Assembly (NCBI GenBank): GCA_964604135.1
Contig: CAZRXU010000001.1
Coordinates: 16,535-80,534, forward strand
DNA: 64,000 nt
DNA from: an uncultured bacterium
GTDB lineage: Bacteria; Fermentibacterota; Fermentibacteria; Fermentibacterales; JCC-6
Reading direction: 5' to 3'
Shown here: one piece after another, positions 10,130 through 20,007 of the stretch
How the letters are laid out: each line of letters starts with the position of its first letter
Position numbering within the stretch: position 1 is the first letter of the stretch
The notes under the pieces: model-generated
Database searches by the model: none
Seen by the model: only the letters and a program-made list of their open reading frames with translations
Told to the model about the DNA's origin: nothing
Translations under genes and position numbers: made by a program

Positions 10130-10998
10130 TACTGGAGTCTTTCAGAGATGAACTTTCCTACGGCAGAGGGCTTTCTCCACTCACAGTCAAGGCTTACCTT
10201 ACTCAGATGACGGATTTTGCTGTTACCGGAGGATCCTTCGCAGATGGGTTTGATGTTTCCAGGATGCGGGAGTATCTCATGAGGCGTGCCTCTGCCGGTA
10301 TGTCTCCTGGCAGCATTGCAAGAATGGTGAGCTGTTTTCACACCTTTTCCAGATGGCTTGTGGAGACCGGTCGTTCTGAAGTTGACCACGGTGAGCTGCT
10401 CAGGGCTCCAAGAGTACCCAGAAGGCTTCCAGGGTTTCTGGGCGTCAGTGAGGTTAAAAGCGTTTTGAACGCATATGATGTTTCCACCACAATAGGTGTA
10501 CGCAACAGAGCAGTGGTTGAACTTCTTTACGGTGCGGGTTTGAGGGCAGCCGAAGCTTCATCTCTTATACTTCAGAACACAAGTGTTGCCGCAGGTACTG
10601 TGAAGGTTATGGGAAAAGGCAGAAGAGAAAGAATTGTTCCAATTCCAGTTGGAACATCAGAGTATATTGAGAAATGGATTCATAGAAGAAAAGAATTTAC
10701 AGCTGGTGATGATCCTGGAACTCTTTTCATAAGTGTCAGAGGTCGGAAACTTGACCCCAGAGATATACGGCGTATTGTTTCTGCTGGTGTTAACGGTGCA
10801 GCCAGAGCTGCAGGGGCGACTCCTCACACCTTCAGGCACAGTTTTGCCACACATCTTCTTAACGAGGGAGCAGATATCAGAACGGTTCAGGAACTGCTGG
10901 GGCATGCCGGGATAGGAACAACGCAGATATATACGCATCTTACAACGGAAAAACTAAAAGGTGTTTACATGAAAACACATCCCAGGGGGAAGAAGTGA
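10108..10998 (+). CDS. xerC: Tyrosine recombinase XerC/XerD-like
   Basis: LYGAGLR, GKG, PHTFRHSFATHLL, LLGH, TTQIY catalytic residues; topA-xer-hslVU context. Confidence 0.85.
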   Translation: MQEEDRLILESFRDELSYGRGLSPLTVKAYLTQMTDFAVTGGSFADGFDVSRMREYLMRRASAGMSPGSIARMVSCFHTFSRWLVETGRSEVDHGELLRAPRVPRRLPGFLGVSEVKSVLNAYDVSTTIGVRNRAVVELLYGAGLRAAEASSLILQNTSVAAGTVKVMGKGRRERIVPIPVGTSEYIEKWIHRRKEFTAGDDPGTLFISVRGRKLDPRDIRRIVSAGVNGAARAAGATPHTFRHSFATHLLNEGADIRTVQELLGHAGIGTTQIYTHLTTEKLKGVYMKTHPRGKK

Positions 10999-13940
10999 AT
11001 ATCAGAAGTGCATTTACCGCAGACAGGCTTGTTGCACTGGCTGCAGCCATGGCCGCTTTCATCGTTTATACTGTTACACTGGCGCCATCCGTCAGCTTCT
11101 GGGACAGTGGAGAGTACATTACCTGCTCATGGGTTGCAGGGATTCCACACCCGCCGGGAGTACCCTTCTTTGTTCTCCTGGGAAGAGTAAGCACTTTACT
11201 GTTCAGTTTCATCCCTTCCATCGCGGCAAGGGTTAACCTTATGTGCGCGATTGCGGGAACTGTAACCATTGGTTTGGTGGCGAGGCTGATTCAGAGGTGG
11301 AGCATAAGGCTGGGGTTCGAACCGTGGCTTTACAGGCCGGTCTCCGTTGCAGGAGCACTTATGGCAGCTTTCAGCTACACAGTGTGGAGAAACAACAATG
11401 CAACTGAGACCTACGCCATGGCAGCCCTTCTTTCACTTCTTATTCTGTGGGTTTTTGATCTGTGGATAGAAAGAAGACTGCACGGAAAACCGGCAGGTCG
11501 TCAGCTGCTTCTTACCGGTTACCTGATGACGCTTGCAATCGGCAACCATCTCAGTGCTCTTATAGTCACTCTTCCGATAGTGGCCATGTACGTTCTGTAC
11601 GCCATCAGGAAGAAGGCCTTCGAGTGGAGATCACCAGGGTTTCCTGTGATGTTCCTGGGCCTTATGGTTCTTGCTTTCAGTATTCATCTCTATATGCCTG
11701 TTCGTGCCATACAGAACCCCGAGATTAACGAGACAAACCCCTCTGTATGGACAGAATTCAAGGAAGCTATTGAAAGAAAGCAGTATGGTCAGGTTTCCAT
11801 ATTCAGCAGAAAAGGGCCATTTAAGGATCAGCTTGGCCTGTTCGCCGAGTACCTGTCATGGCAGGTGGGAAGACCGGAAGCATGGACAGATGCATTTGGT
11901 ACTTCTGGCGGTGTGGTCTGGGCATTCCTCTGGATGGGGATGGCCGTTCTTGCAGTTACAGGTCTTGTGGTTATGGGAAAAAGGCGTCCGGATCTTTTGG
12001 TTCTTGTAGGATTGTCTTTTATCATGGCTAGTTTCGCCTTTGTGGTGTATCTGAATTTTAAGACAGGTCCCGAGGGTACATCACTGGGTGAAGTCCGCGA
12101 GAGAGATTACTTTTTCGGAGCATCTTTTATCTTCTTTGCCGTTCTTTCAATGACAGGGCTGGGTTCGTTGTTTGCTTCGGTAAAAAGCAGGTTTGCAAAG
12201 AATGCAGCATGGGCAATGGTTGTTTTTCCCATGATATCTCTGGGAATGAACTGGCATCACTGTGACCGTTCAGGCGATTATGCTGCACGGGATTATGGTA
12301 TCAATCTGCTTCAGTCATGTCCGGAAAATGCCGTGATAATCACCAATGGAGACAACGACACCTTTCCACTGTGGTTTGCCCAGGGGGTGCTTGAAGTTCG
12401 CCGTGATGTGATTATCTCCAACTTAAGCCTTATGAATACAAGGTGGTACGTGAAGCAGCTTGTCGCGAAAGATCCTGATCTTCTCAGCTATTCACAGGAA
12501 ACAATAGACCACATGCAGCCTGTGTTCGTCTGGGGACCCAATTTCTTTCATGTTTCATCGGACGGGTTGCCTGTTACAGGCGAATATGACAGGCAGGTGC
12601 TTGACGATACATTCAATGGCCAATGGCCGTGGGTGTTGAATGACGGCAACACAAGCATTCCTGTGCCATCAATGGGAAGAGGAAACCAGGGTTCAGTTCC
12701 AATGCAGGATCTTCTGCTTATAGACATGCTTAGAAACAGAAGCATTCACGGCAGGGAAGTGATGATCGCCGGAACTGTTTCCGGGGAGAACCGAAGCTAT
12801 GTTGAGAACTACCTTCAGATGCAGGGAATTGCTTTCAGGGTAATGCACGAGCCTGTCCGTGAGTTTGTAAACACCGATCTGGGATGGACCCTTGCAGACA
12901 ACTTACTTACCACAGGCCTTGCCGACCCTTCCGTTTACAAGGATGATCAGGCGGTTCAGATCGCCAGAAACTATGTAAGTGCCTATAATCGTCTCGCATA
13001 TCAGTTCATGGCTGAGGGCAACACGGAAATGGTTGGTGTGTGCCTGGACAGGTCAGAAACTTTGTTTGCGGCAATGCCGGAGGAGTGGCTCAGCATTATG
13101 TACAGCTTCGTTCTACTGAAGGCGAGGTATATTCACGGCAAAGATGGAGCCGACGCTGCAATAGAATATATGCAGCAGGCAACAGCGCACATGGACAGTA
13201 TGGCAGTTGAATACAACAATCCGTCCGCGGCTGCTGCAGCATCTCAGCTGCTGTCTATGTCCAGCGAGTTTGATCAGGAGTCAGCGTTTGACGGAGTAAT
13301 TGATTTCATAAGTGATGGTTCTCCTGCCCAGGAATGGATACGCATAGAGAAATATCTTTCATTCGGAAACTACATTGCCGCCCGGGAACATCTGGAGAAT
13401 CTTCAGACGGATTGGGGTTCGGAATACCAGACAGTTCTCGATCTTATGGGGCAGACGGTTGACCAGTACACCATATACTGCCCTGTGACCACAGGTCTTA
13501 GCATGCTCGACACCGCACTTGCATTCGTTTTCAACCACACCGATCAGGAAAGCTCAGCACTGGAATGGAAACAGGATATAACAGCCGCATCCATAGCAGT
13601 TGAAATGGCTGGGCTTGCCGCCAGAGGAAGTGTTATGGCGGCAGTTTCACTGGGAAGCATTATGGTTCCCCAGATGAAGACAGACAGAGAAGCACAGTTG
13701 ATCACTGATCTGTGTGATAAGTTTGTTTCCAATCCTGATCACGCAAAGGAGATGGCTCTGTGGTTTCTTCTTTCCACCGAAACATTTTCATCGGAAGCAA
13801 GAGCGGTGAGTCTTGCCGACGGCGGCTACGCAGGTCTTGCCTATGCTGTTCTTGTAAACGATCTTGAAATCGGTGAAGAATATGCACTATCCCTGGATAT
13901 AACAGGGAATACCCTGGCTCATCTGCTGGAGGCGCAATGA
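10995..13940 (+). CDS. DUF2723 / TMEM260-like GT-C membrane glycosyltransferase with C-terminal helical extension
   Basis: SFWDSGEY, GIPHPPG, EVRERDYF, TNGDNDTFPLW, NLSLMNTRWY; many TM helices. Confidence 0.85.
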   Translation: MNIRSAFTADRLVALAAAMAAFIVYTVTLAPSVSFWDSGEYITCSWVAGIPHPPGVPFFVLLGRVSTLLFSFIPSIAARVNLMCAIAGTVTIGLVARLIQRWSIRLGFEPWLYRPVSVAGALMAAFSYTVWRNNNATETYAMAALLSLLILWVFDLWIERRLHGKPAGRQLLLTGYLMTLAIGNHLSALIVTLPIVAMYVLYAIRKKAFEWRSPGFPVMFLGLMVLAFSIHLYMPVRAIQNPEINETNPSVWTEFKEAIERKQYGQVSIFSRKGPFKDQLGLFAEYLSWQVGRPEAWTDAFGTSGGVVWAFLWMGMAVLAVTGLVVMGKRRPDLLVLVGLSFIMASFAFVVYLNFKTGPEGTSLGEVRERDYFFGASFIFFAVLSMTGLGSLFASVKSRFAKNAAWAMVVFPMISLGMNWHHCDRSGDYAARDYGINLLQSCPENAVIITNGDNDTFPLWFAQGVLEVRRDVIISNLSLMNTRWYVKQLVAKDPDLLSYSQETIDHMQPVFVWGPNFFHVSSDGLPVTGEYDRQVLDDTFNGQWPWVLNDGNTSIPVPSMGRGNQGSVPMQDLLLIDMLRNRSIHGREVMIAGTVSGENRSYVENYLQMQGIAFRVMHEPVREFVNTDLGWTLADNLLTTGLADPSVYKDDQAVQIARNYVSAYNRLAYQFMAEGNTEMVGVCLDRSETLFAAMPEEWLSIMYSFVLLKARYIHGKDGADAAIEYMQQATAHMDSMAVEYNNPSAAAAASQLLSMSSEFDQESAFDGVIDFISDGSPAQEWIRIEKYLSFGNYIAAREHLENLQTDWGSEYQTVLDLMGQTVDQYTIYCPVTTGLSMLDTALAFVFNHTDQESSALEWKQDITAASIAVEMAGLAARGSVMAAVSLGSIMVPQMKTDREAQLITDLCDKFVSNPDHAKEMALWFLLSTETFSSEARAVSLADGGYAGLAYAVLVNDLEIGEEYALSLDITGNTLAHLLEAQ

Positions 13941-14485
13941 ACATTAAATCAACCACGGTTATCGGTATTGTAAGGAACGGTAAAGCTGCAATGGCGGCTG
14001 ATGGTCAGGTTACACTTGGTGATACCATTATGAAGATGAGTGCCCGAAAACTGAGAAAACTCAGTGGGGGAACCGTTCTCGTTGGTTTTTCCGGTGCGGG
14101 AGCAGACGCTTTTGCGCTTGTGGAAAGGCTGGAAGAGAAACTTGAAGCTTTTCGCGGTAATCTTCCAAGGGCGTCAATGGAGCTTGCACGGGAGTGGAGA
14201 GCCGACAAGTATCTCCGGGAACTCAACGCTATGATTGCAGCTGTAGACAGCCATCATGCCCTTGTAATAGGGGGTTCCGGAGAGGTGGTTGAGTCACCTG
14301 ACGGCATAGTTTCGGTTGGTTCAGGGTCTCCCTACGCAATTGCTGCCGCAAGATCTCTTGTTAAGCACACCAGAATGGGCCCTCTGAAAATAGCAAGAGA
14401 AGCAATTGTGATAGCAAGCGAAATCTGTATTTACACTGGTGGCGCGATCATGTCGGAGGAAATATGCAAACCCGGAAAATCATGA
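13937..14485 (+). CDS. hslV: ATP-dependent protease subunit HslV
   Basis: TTV..ADGQVTLG, GFSG..ADA, GSGS, CIYT. Confidence 0.95.
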   Translation: MNIKSTTVIGIVRNGKAAMAADGQVTLGDTIMKMSARKLRKLSGGTVLVGFSGAGADAFALVERLEEKLEAFRGNLPRASMELAREWRADKYLRELNAMIAAVDSHHALVIGGSGEVVESPDGIVSVGSGSPYAIAAARSLVKHTRMGPLKIAREAIVIASEICIYTGGAIMSEEICKPGKS

Positions 14486-15783
14486 CACCTGCGGAAACTG
14501 TTGCCTGGCTCAACAGGTTTGTTATCGGTCAGGACAAAGCGAAAAGAACAGTCGCGATCGCTTTACGGAACAGATACAGAAGGAAGCTTGTTGAAGAACC
14601 CATGCAGTCGGAAATTTACCCGAGTAACCTGATAATGATGGGCCCAACAGGGGTAGGTAAAACAGAAATTGCCAGAAGAATGGCAAGTCTTGTGGGAGCA
14701 CCTTTCGTTAAGGTTGAAGCAACAAAGTACACGGAAACTGGTTACGTTGGCAGAGATGTTGAAGGAATAATACGCGATCTTGTGCGTTCTGCAGTCAACC
14801 TTGCCACCGGTAAGGCCAGGGAGGAGAAAAAGACTGAAGCCGAGGCAAGGGTAGAGAAGAAACTGCTGGATGCCCTTTCAAGAACCGGTATTGAGTTTGG
14901 TTCTACCGCAGAACTCGAGGGTCTTTTAAAGAATGGCAGACTGGATGATGTTGAGATAGAGCTTACAATCACAGAAAAAGCCATCGGTGTTGAGGTGTTC
15001 CCCATGATACCCGGTCAGGGATTTGACAGCCAGATAAACGACCAGATGAAAAACATGCTTGACAAGGTTATTGGAAAGCGCAGGAAGAAGATCACACTGA
15101 GTGTAGCCGATGCCAGGAACAAACTGTTCGATGACGAAATAGCCAGAATCCTTGACGGAGGCGATCACATTCAGGAAGGGCTTCGTCTAGCACAGGAAGA
15201 GGGTATTGTTTTTGTTGATGAGATCGACAAAATAATTGGTTCGGAAGGCGGAAGCGGGCCTGATGTGTCTAGGATGGGTGTTCAGAGGGACCTTCTTCCC
15301 CTGGTTGAGGGATGCACGGTTTCAACCAGATATGGTCCTGTAAAAACAGATCATATCCTGTTTATAGCAGCGGGAGCTTTTCATGGAAGCAGCCCGGCAG
15401 ACTTGATCCCGGAGCTTCAGGGAAGATTTCCACTGCGGGTTTCACTGGATCCACTTTCAGAGGAAGACCTTTTTCGTATTCTTACAGAACCGGAGGGCTG
15501 TATTCTTGATCAGTACACCAGGCTGCTTGAGGCGGACGATTTGAAACTTGTGGTGGAAGAGCAGGCAAAGAAAAACATAGCTGCAACTGCAAGGTATCTG
15601 AATGAAGAAAAGGAAGACATCGGGGCCAGGAGACTTCGCTCGGTTCTTTCATTTCTGTTCGATGAGTATCTTTTCGGCGCGCCGGATCTCATTCGGGGCA
15701 GAGTCAGGCTCACAGGAAAGAAGGCGAAGGGCAGGCTGGCGGTACTGGTTGAAAGAAAAGACGAAGAGGGTTATATTCTTTAG
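14464..15783 (+). CDS. hslU: ATP-dependent protease ATPase subunit HslU
   Basis: GPTGVGKTEIARR, KVEATKYTE.GYVGRDV, DEIDKI, GVQRDLLP, ELQGRFP, IGARRL. Confidence 0.96.
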   Translation: MQTRKIMTPAETVAWLNRFVIGQDKAKRTVAIALRNRYRRKLVEEPMQSEIYPSNLIMMGPTGVGKTEIARRMASLVGAPFVKVEATKYTETGYVGRDVEGIIRDLVRSAVNLATGKAREEKKTEAEARVEKKLLDALSRTGIEFGSTAELEGLLKNGRLDDVEIELTITEKAIGVEVFPMIPGQGFDSQINDQMKNMLDKVIGKRRKKITLSVADARNKLFDDEIARILDGGDHIQEGLRLAQEEGIVFVDEIDKIIGSEGGSGPDVSRMGVQRDLLPLVEGCTVSTRYGPVKTDHILFIAAGAFHGSSPADLIPELQGRFPLRVSLDPLSEEDLFRILTEPEGCILDQYTRLLEADDLKLVVEEQAKKNIAATARYLNEEKEDIGARRLRSVLSFLFDEYLFGAPDLIRGRVRLTGKKAKGRLAVLVERKDEEGYIL

Positions 15784-15818
15784 GATTACTGCGGGTTGCT
15801 TTACGAATAGGGGGAGGG

Positions 15819-16397
15819 ATGCACAGGTCAGGTAATGAGGTTGCATACAAAATAGTCTACTACGGTCCCGGTCTTTCCGGGAAGACTACCAATCTCAGGG
15901 GTATACGCGACATCATCGCTCCTGAAAACAGAGGAAGGCTTGTAACTCTTTGCACCAGGTGCGAGAGAACAGTGTTTTTCGACTTTCTTCCTGTTAATTT
16001 CGCCAGGATCGGAGACATGAAGGTTAAGCTCCATCTGTATTCTGTACCCGGTCAGGCGTACTATGCTCTCAGCAGAAGGGTAATCCTCGATGGTATAGAC
16101 GGGGTGGTTTTCGTTGCCGACAGCCAGAAAGAGAGGGCGGAGGCGAATATCAGCACAATAGATGACCTGGAGCACAACCTGAAAAGCTACGGCCTCGACA
16201 TGTCCATGATTCCCATGGTTCTGCAGTTTAACAAGCGCGACCTTCCCGGTATAATGTCTACCGCCAGAATGAATGAAGAATTAAACAGATTCCAGTGGCC
16301 CACTGTAGAGTCGGTTGCCATTGGCGGAAGTGGTCCTGCGGAAACCCTCAAGATTATTGCTACCCAGATGGCCAAGCGCCATGCACGCACAGGCTGA
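15819..16397 (+). CDS. mglA: MglA-family small GTPase (copy 2)
   Basis: KIVYYGPGLSGKTTN, RTVFFDFLP, LYSVPGQ, DGVVFVADS, FNKRDL; GGAGG RBS. Confidence 0.9.
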   Translation: MHRSGNEVAYKIVYYGPGLSGKTTNLRGIRDIIAPENRGRLVTLCTRCERTVFFDFLPVNFARIGDMKVKLHLYSVPGQAYYALSRRVILDGIDGVVFVADSQKERAEANISTIDDLEHNLKSYGLDMSMIPMVLQFNKRDLPGIMSTARMNEELNRFQWPTVESVAIGGSGPAETLKIIATQMAKRHARTG

Positions 16398-18516
16398 CAG
16401 CAGGTCAAAACTCCGCACAGCGCTGCTTCTGCTGTTTCTGGTAGCAGGCGGTTTTGTTTTCCGGAGTGTATTTGCCACATCAGTCATGCCGCCTCCTGCC
16501 AGAATGCAGGGGGAGACAACCCAGGCGTACAGATATACAAAGATGGTTTCAGACGGCGATGGTATACCTACTCTGGATACGCTGGTTATGCGCCCACAGG
16601 GTTTGATAACGGCAGAGAATTCTATTTTTGAAGAGTATATAGCAGGGGGAATACACCGGGTAACAGGTGGTGATTTTGATTCGTTCCTGCATTTGTTCTG
16701 TCTTCTGTTTCCGCTTCTGGTGGTTCCTGTAATCTTCTACTGGATGCGAAGTTCGAACTTCTCCAGTCAGGAGTCTTCCACAGGTGCAGCACTGTACGCT
16801 GTGTTTCTACCGGCACTTCTTCGGGCCAGGGGGGAAAGTTTTTACCGTGAAACAGTGGCACTGCCGCTGATAGTACTCACTTTTGCCCTTATAGATATGA
16901 GCAGCGGTAAAAAAGAGTCTTTGAAATACTCCGTTGCCGCGGCTCTGACACTGTTCCTGGCTCTGGCATCCTGGAAGGTAACAGCGTTTGTATCCTTCTT
17001 TGTTTTCGTATGGATGGCCTTCAAAAGGCCAGGGCTTCGTACTGTTATTCCGCTTGCTGCAAGTCAGTTTCTTGCCTCTGTTGTTCTAAGCCATATGCGT
17101 CACGACGGAGCTGTTCTTTCACCAGCCGTTCTTATGGCTGCTGCAGCTGTGGTTTCAGCGATGTACCGAAGCAGAATTGTTCCATGGGCAGGTCTGGCGG
17201 TTTCTTCAGCTTCCGGTTTCTTTTTCAGGTCTTCCTCGGGCGGGCACGTAGCTGCGGTGATTGCTGCAAAGCTGAAATTCCTGTTCAGTCATCCAGAAAA
17301 TCCTGCTTTGCTTTCAGATGATGCCCGGCTTTTCTGGGTAAGTGGCTACACTTCTCCGTCATCGGGGCAGATCCTTCTTCTGTTCGGCTTTGCATTTGTT
17401 GCGGCTGTTCTGGGGTGGAAGCGGTTCAGAGAGAAAACAGGGCAGTCACTGATGCTGTTCCTGATACCTCTTTCAGTTGCCGGATACCTGTTTTTTGACA
17501 GGCTCATGGTTGTTCTAGCCATCGGGATCATTCCTCTAGTGGTTGCTGCCTGCAGGAATCGCAGGTGGGCTCTTCCGGTTGTTCTTACAGTATTTGGACT
17601 GCAGACCATGTACGCCCCGGGGATAGCAGGTGTGCTTTCAAGAGCAGGTCTGGAATTTGAAGATTCGTCATCTCTTCTAACCGAGAACGAGCTTACCGGG
17701 CTTATCAGGTGGGCGAAAGACAACCACGGAACAGTGCTTTCATTCTGGCATATTTCAGGTCTGCTTTCCGCTTACGCGAACATGCCTGTGGTTACCCACA
17801 CTTTTTTTGAAAACGCAGAAAACCGGGAAACCATCATAGAGTATGCCAGAAGAAGCTTTGGAACCGAGCAGGAAATGATAGACTTCATGGAAGAAAAGGG
17901 TGCAGACTACCTGATTTACCAGGCCGACTTTGTTTTCGACAGATCACCGCAAGGTCTTGTGTATCTGGCCGGTCTTACAGAGATTCCCGATGGTTGTCTC
18001 GCCCTTCGACTTCACTACTATCCCCAGTCTCTTGAGACACTTGGAATAGTCTGGCAGGGACCTTCCGTAAGGGTGTTCGGTATAAACGAAAGCGCGGAAG
18101 AATTGCCAAGGCAGCCGCTGTGGGAAGTTCGCTACGCACCTTTTCTGCATGACAGTGAAATGGCAAACGCAGTTGTGAATTTACCTGTGGAAACGGCTAT
18201 CTATCTTGCAGATCAGGGGATGGAAACAGGTAATATCCAGAAGATATCAGCGGCACTGCTGCTGTTGTCAGGATCTCCCGATGAGGTGCCATCCGATGCT
18301 GCAGTTGGTCTTCTGCAAGAGCTTCTTATGGCTCATCTGGACGGGCACTACTCAATAGAAGATCTGGAAGATGATTTTGTAACGTACCTGCGCGTCTGGG
18401 GGCCGGATCCTCAACTTCGTTTTGACCTGGTAAGGCTGCTTCGAAACAGCAGCCTTTTTGACAGGGCACAGTATCACATGGAAATAATTGAAAGAATGGG
18501 AACGCAGAACCTATGA
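16381..18516 (+). CDS. Multi-pass GT-C fold membrane protein (DPY19/STT3-like)
   Basis: Many TM helices; YRETVALP loop motif; soluble domain with SFWHISG..PVVTHTFFEN..GADYLI; start uncertain. Confidence 0.55.
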   Translation: MHAQADSRSKLRTALLLLFLVAGGFVFRSVFATSVMPPPARMQGETTQAYRYTKMVSDGDGIPTLDTLVMRPQGLITAENSIFEEYIAGGIHRVTGGDFDSFLHLFCLLFPLLVVPVIFYWMRSSNFSSQESSTGAALYAVFLPALLRARGESFYRETVALPLIVLTFALIDMSSGKKESLKYSVAAALTLFLALASWKVTAFVSFFVFVWMAFKRPGLRTVIPLAASQFLASVVLSHMRHDGAVLSPAVLMAAAAVVSAMYRSRIVPWAGLAVSSASGFFFRSSSGGHVAAVIAAKLKFLFSHPENPALLSDDARLFWVSGYTSPSSGQILLLFGFAFVAAVLGWKRFREKTGQSLMLFLIPLSVAGYLFFDRLMVVLAIGIIPLVVAACRNRRWALPVVLTVFGLQTMYAPGIAGVLSRAGLEFEDSSSLLTENELTGLIRWAKDNHGTVLSFWHISGLLSAYANMPVVTHTFFENAENRETIIEYARRSFGTEQEMIDFMEEKGADYLIYQADFVFDRSPQGLVYLAGLTEIPDGCLALRLHYYPQSLETLGIVWQGPSVRVFGINESAEELPRQPLWEVRYAPFLHDSEMANAVVNLPVETAIYLADQGMETGNIQKISAALLLLSGSPDEVPSDAAVGLLQELLMAHLDGHYSIEDLEDDFVTYLRVWGPDPQLRFDLVRLLRNSSLFDRAQYHMEIIERMGTQNL

Positions 18517-19316
18517 AATTTACGAAAATGAGCGGTGCCGGGAATGATTTCATTATGGTTGACAACCGTGATGGCAGCCTTTCCCGTGTGCTTGGTCGTG
18601 AAAGAATTGCAGAGTTGTGCAGGAGAGGTCTTTCTGTGGGAGCGGACGGGCTTATTGAAATAAGAGAAGATCCAGTGCACGCTTTTGCCATGAAGTACTA
18701 CAATTCAGATGGTGGAGCAGCAGACATGTGCGGCAACGGAGCAAGATGTATCTGCCGGTTTGCAGCAGAGCTGGGAATGGTGGAGACCGGAGTTGAGTTT
18801 ACCTTTGCCAGCGACGCTGGAATTCATAAAGGCAGTATCACAGGAGACAGGGAAGCAAGAATCTGGATGACTGAACCGATTCTTCACTACCTGGAGAAGG
18901 CAATTGATGTTGCCGACGGTATTGTTATCACTACCGGTTTTGCAGATACAGGTGTACCTCACGCAGTTGTTTTCAGAGACAGCATTGAAGACGGTTCTTT
19001 CGAGAAGTACGCCAGTGTAATAAGATCGCTGGATGAATTCGGGCAGGAGGGCGCGAATGTAAACTGGGTCAGGGTTCAGAGAGACGGGTCAATGTCTATC
19101 AGAACATTTGAGAGGGGCGTAGAAGGTGAAACTCTTGCCTGCGGAACCGGTGCTGTTGCATGCGCTCTTGTGGCCTCTGAAAGATTTGATTCTGTAACTC
19201 TACCTGTTAGAATAGCAGTGAAGAGCGGGCTTCTTCTTACCGTGGGAGAAGACAGCAGCGGCTGGTGGCTTCAGGGTGAAGCCGGTATAATCTACAGAGC
19301 GGAGACAATTTCTTGA
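18513..19316 (+). CDS. dapF: Diaminopimelate epimerase
   Basis: FTKMSGAGNDF, NSDG..MCGNGARC, ERGVEGETLACGTG. Confidence 0.96.
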   Translation: MKFTKMSGAGNDFIMVDNRDGSLSRVLGRERIAELCRRGLSVGADGLIEIREDPVHAFAMKYYNSDGGAADMCGNGARCICRFAAELGMVETGVEFTFASDAGIHKGSITGDREARIWMTEPILHYLEKAIDVADGIVITTGFADTGVPHAVVFRDSIEDGSFEKYASVIRSLDEFGQEGANVNWVRVQRDGSMSIRTFERGVEGETLACGTGAVACALVASERFDSVTLPVRIAVKSGLLLTVGEDSSGWWLQGEAGIIYRAETIS

Positions 19317-19321
19317 CAAGA

Positions 19322-19397
19322 GCGGGCATAACTCAGTTGGCAGAGTGTCAGCCTCCCATGCTGAATGTCGCGGGTTCGAAACCCGTTGCCCGCTCCA
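19322..19397 (+). tRNA. tRNA-Gly (anticodon CCC)
   Basis: Acceptor GCGGGCA/TGCCCGC, D arm ACTC/GAGT, anticodon arm TCAGC-CTCCCAT-GCTGA, T loop TTCGAAA, encoded CCA; 76 nt. Confidence 0.97.
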
Positions 19398-19413
19398 GAT
19401 TATCTGTGGAATC

Positions 19414-20007
19414 ATGATGTTTCTCCTTGTGCTGCTTCTTGCAGATCCCCTGTCATCAAACGAAAGCTTGTGGCTTCTGCGTGCAGGGTGTGCAGCGGGC
19501 GGCAATCCTCCAGATATGGCTTCATACCTGTATACAAGTGTTAATACTATTTCGGATATTTCACTTGCAGTTGCAACAGATGGAATCAAAGGGGGAGATG
19601 CTTCAATGCTCGTTCCGCTTGTGGCTTCTCTTGTTTCCCGCGGGGAGACAGAGCTGGCGGAAACCTGCTGGAGTCTTCGGGGAATGGAATTGCCTGCAAC
19701 CAGAAACGATCTGCTCGATGTTCTTGCGTGGTTCGGCAGGTATGAACTGTACCATGAAATGGCGTCGAATCCCTTAATTCCATCCGACATGGAAGGGAAA
19801 ATGCACAGTGATCAGTGTGGGGCTGTCTGTGCTCTGGGATGGATGAGAACCAGAAGCGACGGGATGTTTCACGGTGATGATGCTGTTTCTCCTCTTGATA
19901 TAAAGGTGCTTTCTGCGTATTTCCCATCTATCGATGCATCTGCGGAGTACATAACCACCGCTGAACTTGAGAGTGTTTTTCAGTCTTTGGGCGGAGGTTC
20001 CCGGTGA
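19414..20007 (+). CDS. Hypothetical exported protein, possible C-terminal SLH-like motif
   Basis: Hydrophobic N-terminus MMFLLVLLLA; GWMRTRSDGMFHGDDAVS resembles an SLH repeat; start moved past the tRNA. Confidence 0.55.
   Translation: MMFLLVLLLADPLSSNESLWLLRAGCAAGGNPPDMASYLYTSVNTISDISLAVATDGIKGGDASMLVPLVASLVSRGETELAETCWSLRGMELPATRNDLLDVLAWFGRYELYHEMASNPLIPSDMEGKMHSDQCGAVCALGWMRTRSDGMFHGDDAVSPLDIKVLSAYFPSIDASAEYITTAELESVFQSLGGGSR

Noticed and set aside
10108-10998. Tyrosine recombinase as a prophage or integron integrase
   Set aside because: XerC/D length and motifs, core topA-hslVU context, and no visible IntI-specific insertion.
19380-19397. tRNA 3' end as an island attachment site
   Set aside because: I saw no duplicate of the tRNA 3' end in the window, and the downstream genes look like core genes.
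19345-19413. N-terminal extension of the 19345 ORF and the 19200-19790 antisense ORF
   Set aside because: Both overlap the tRNA-Gly; the real start is more likely 19414.
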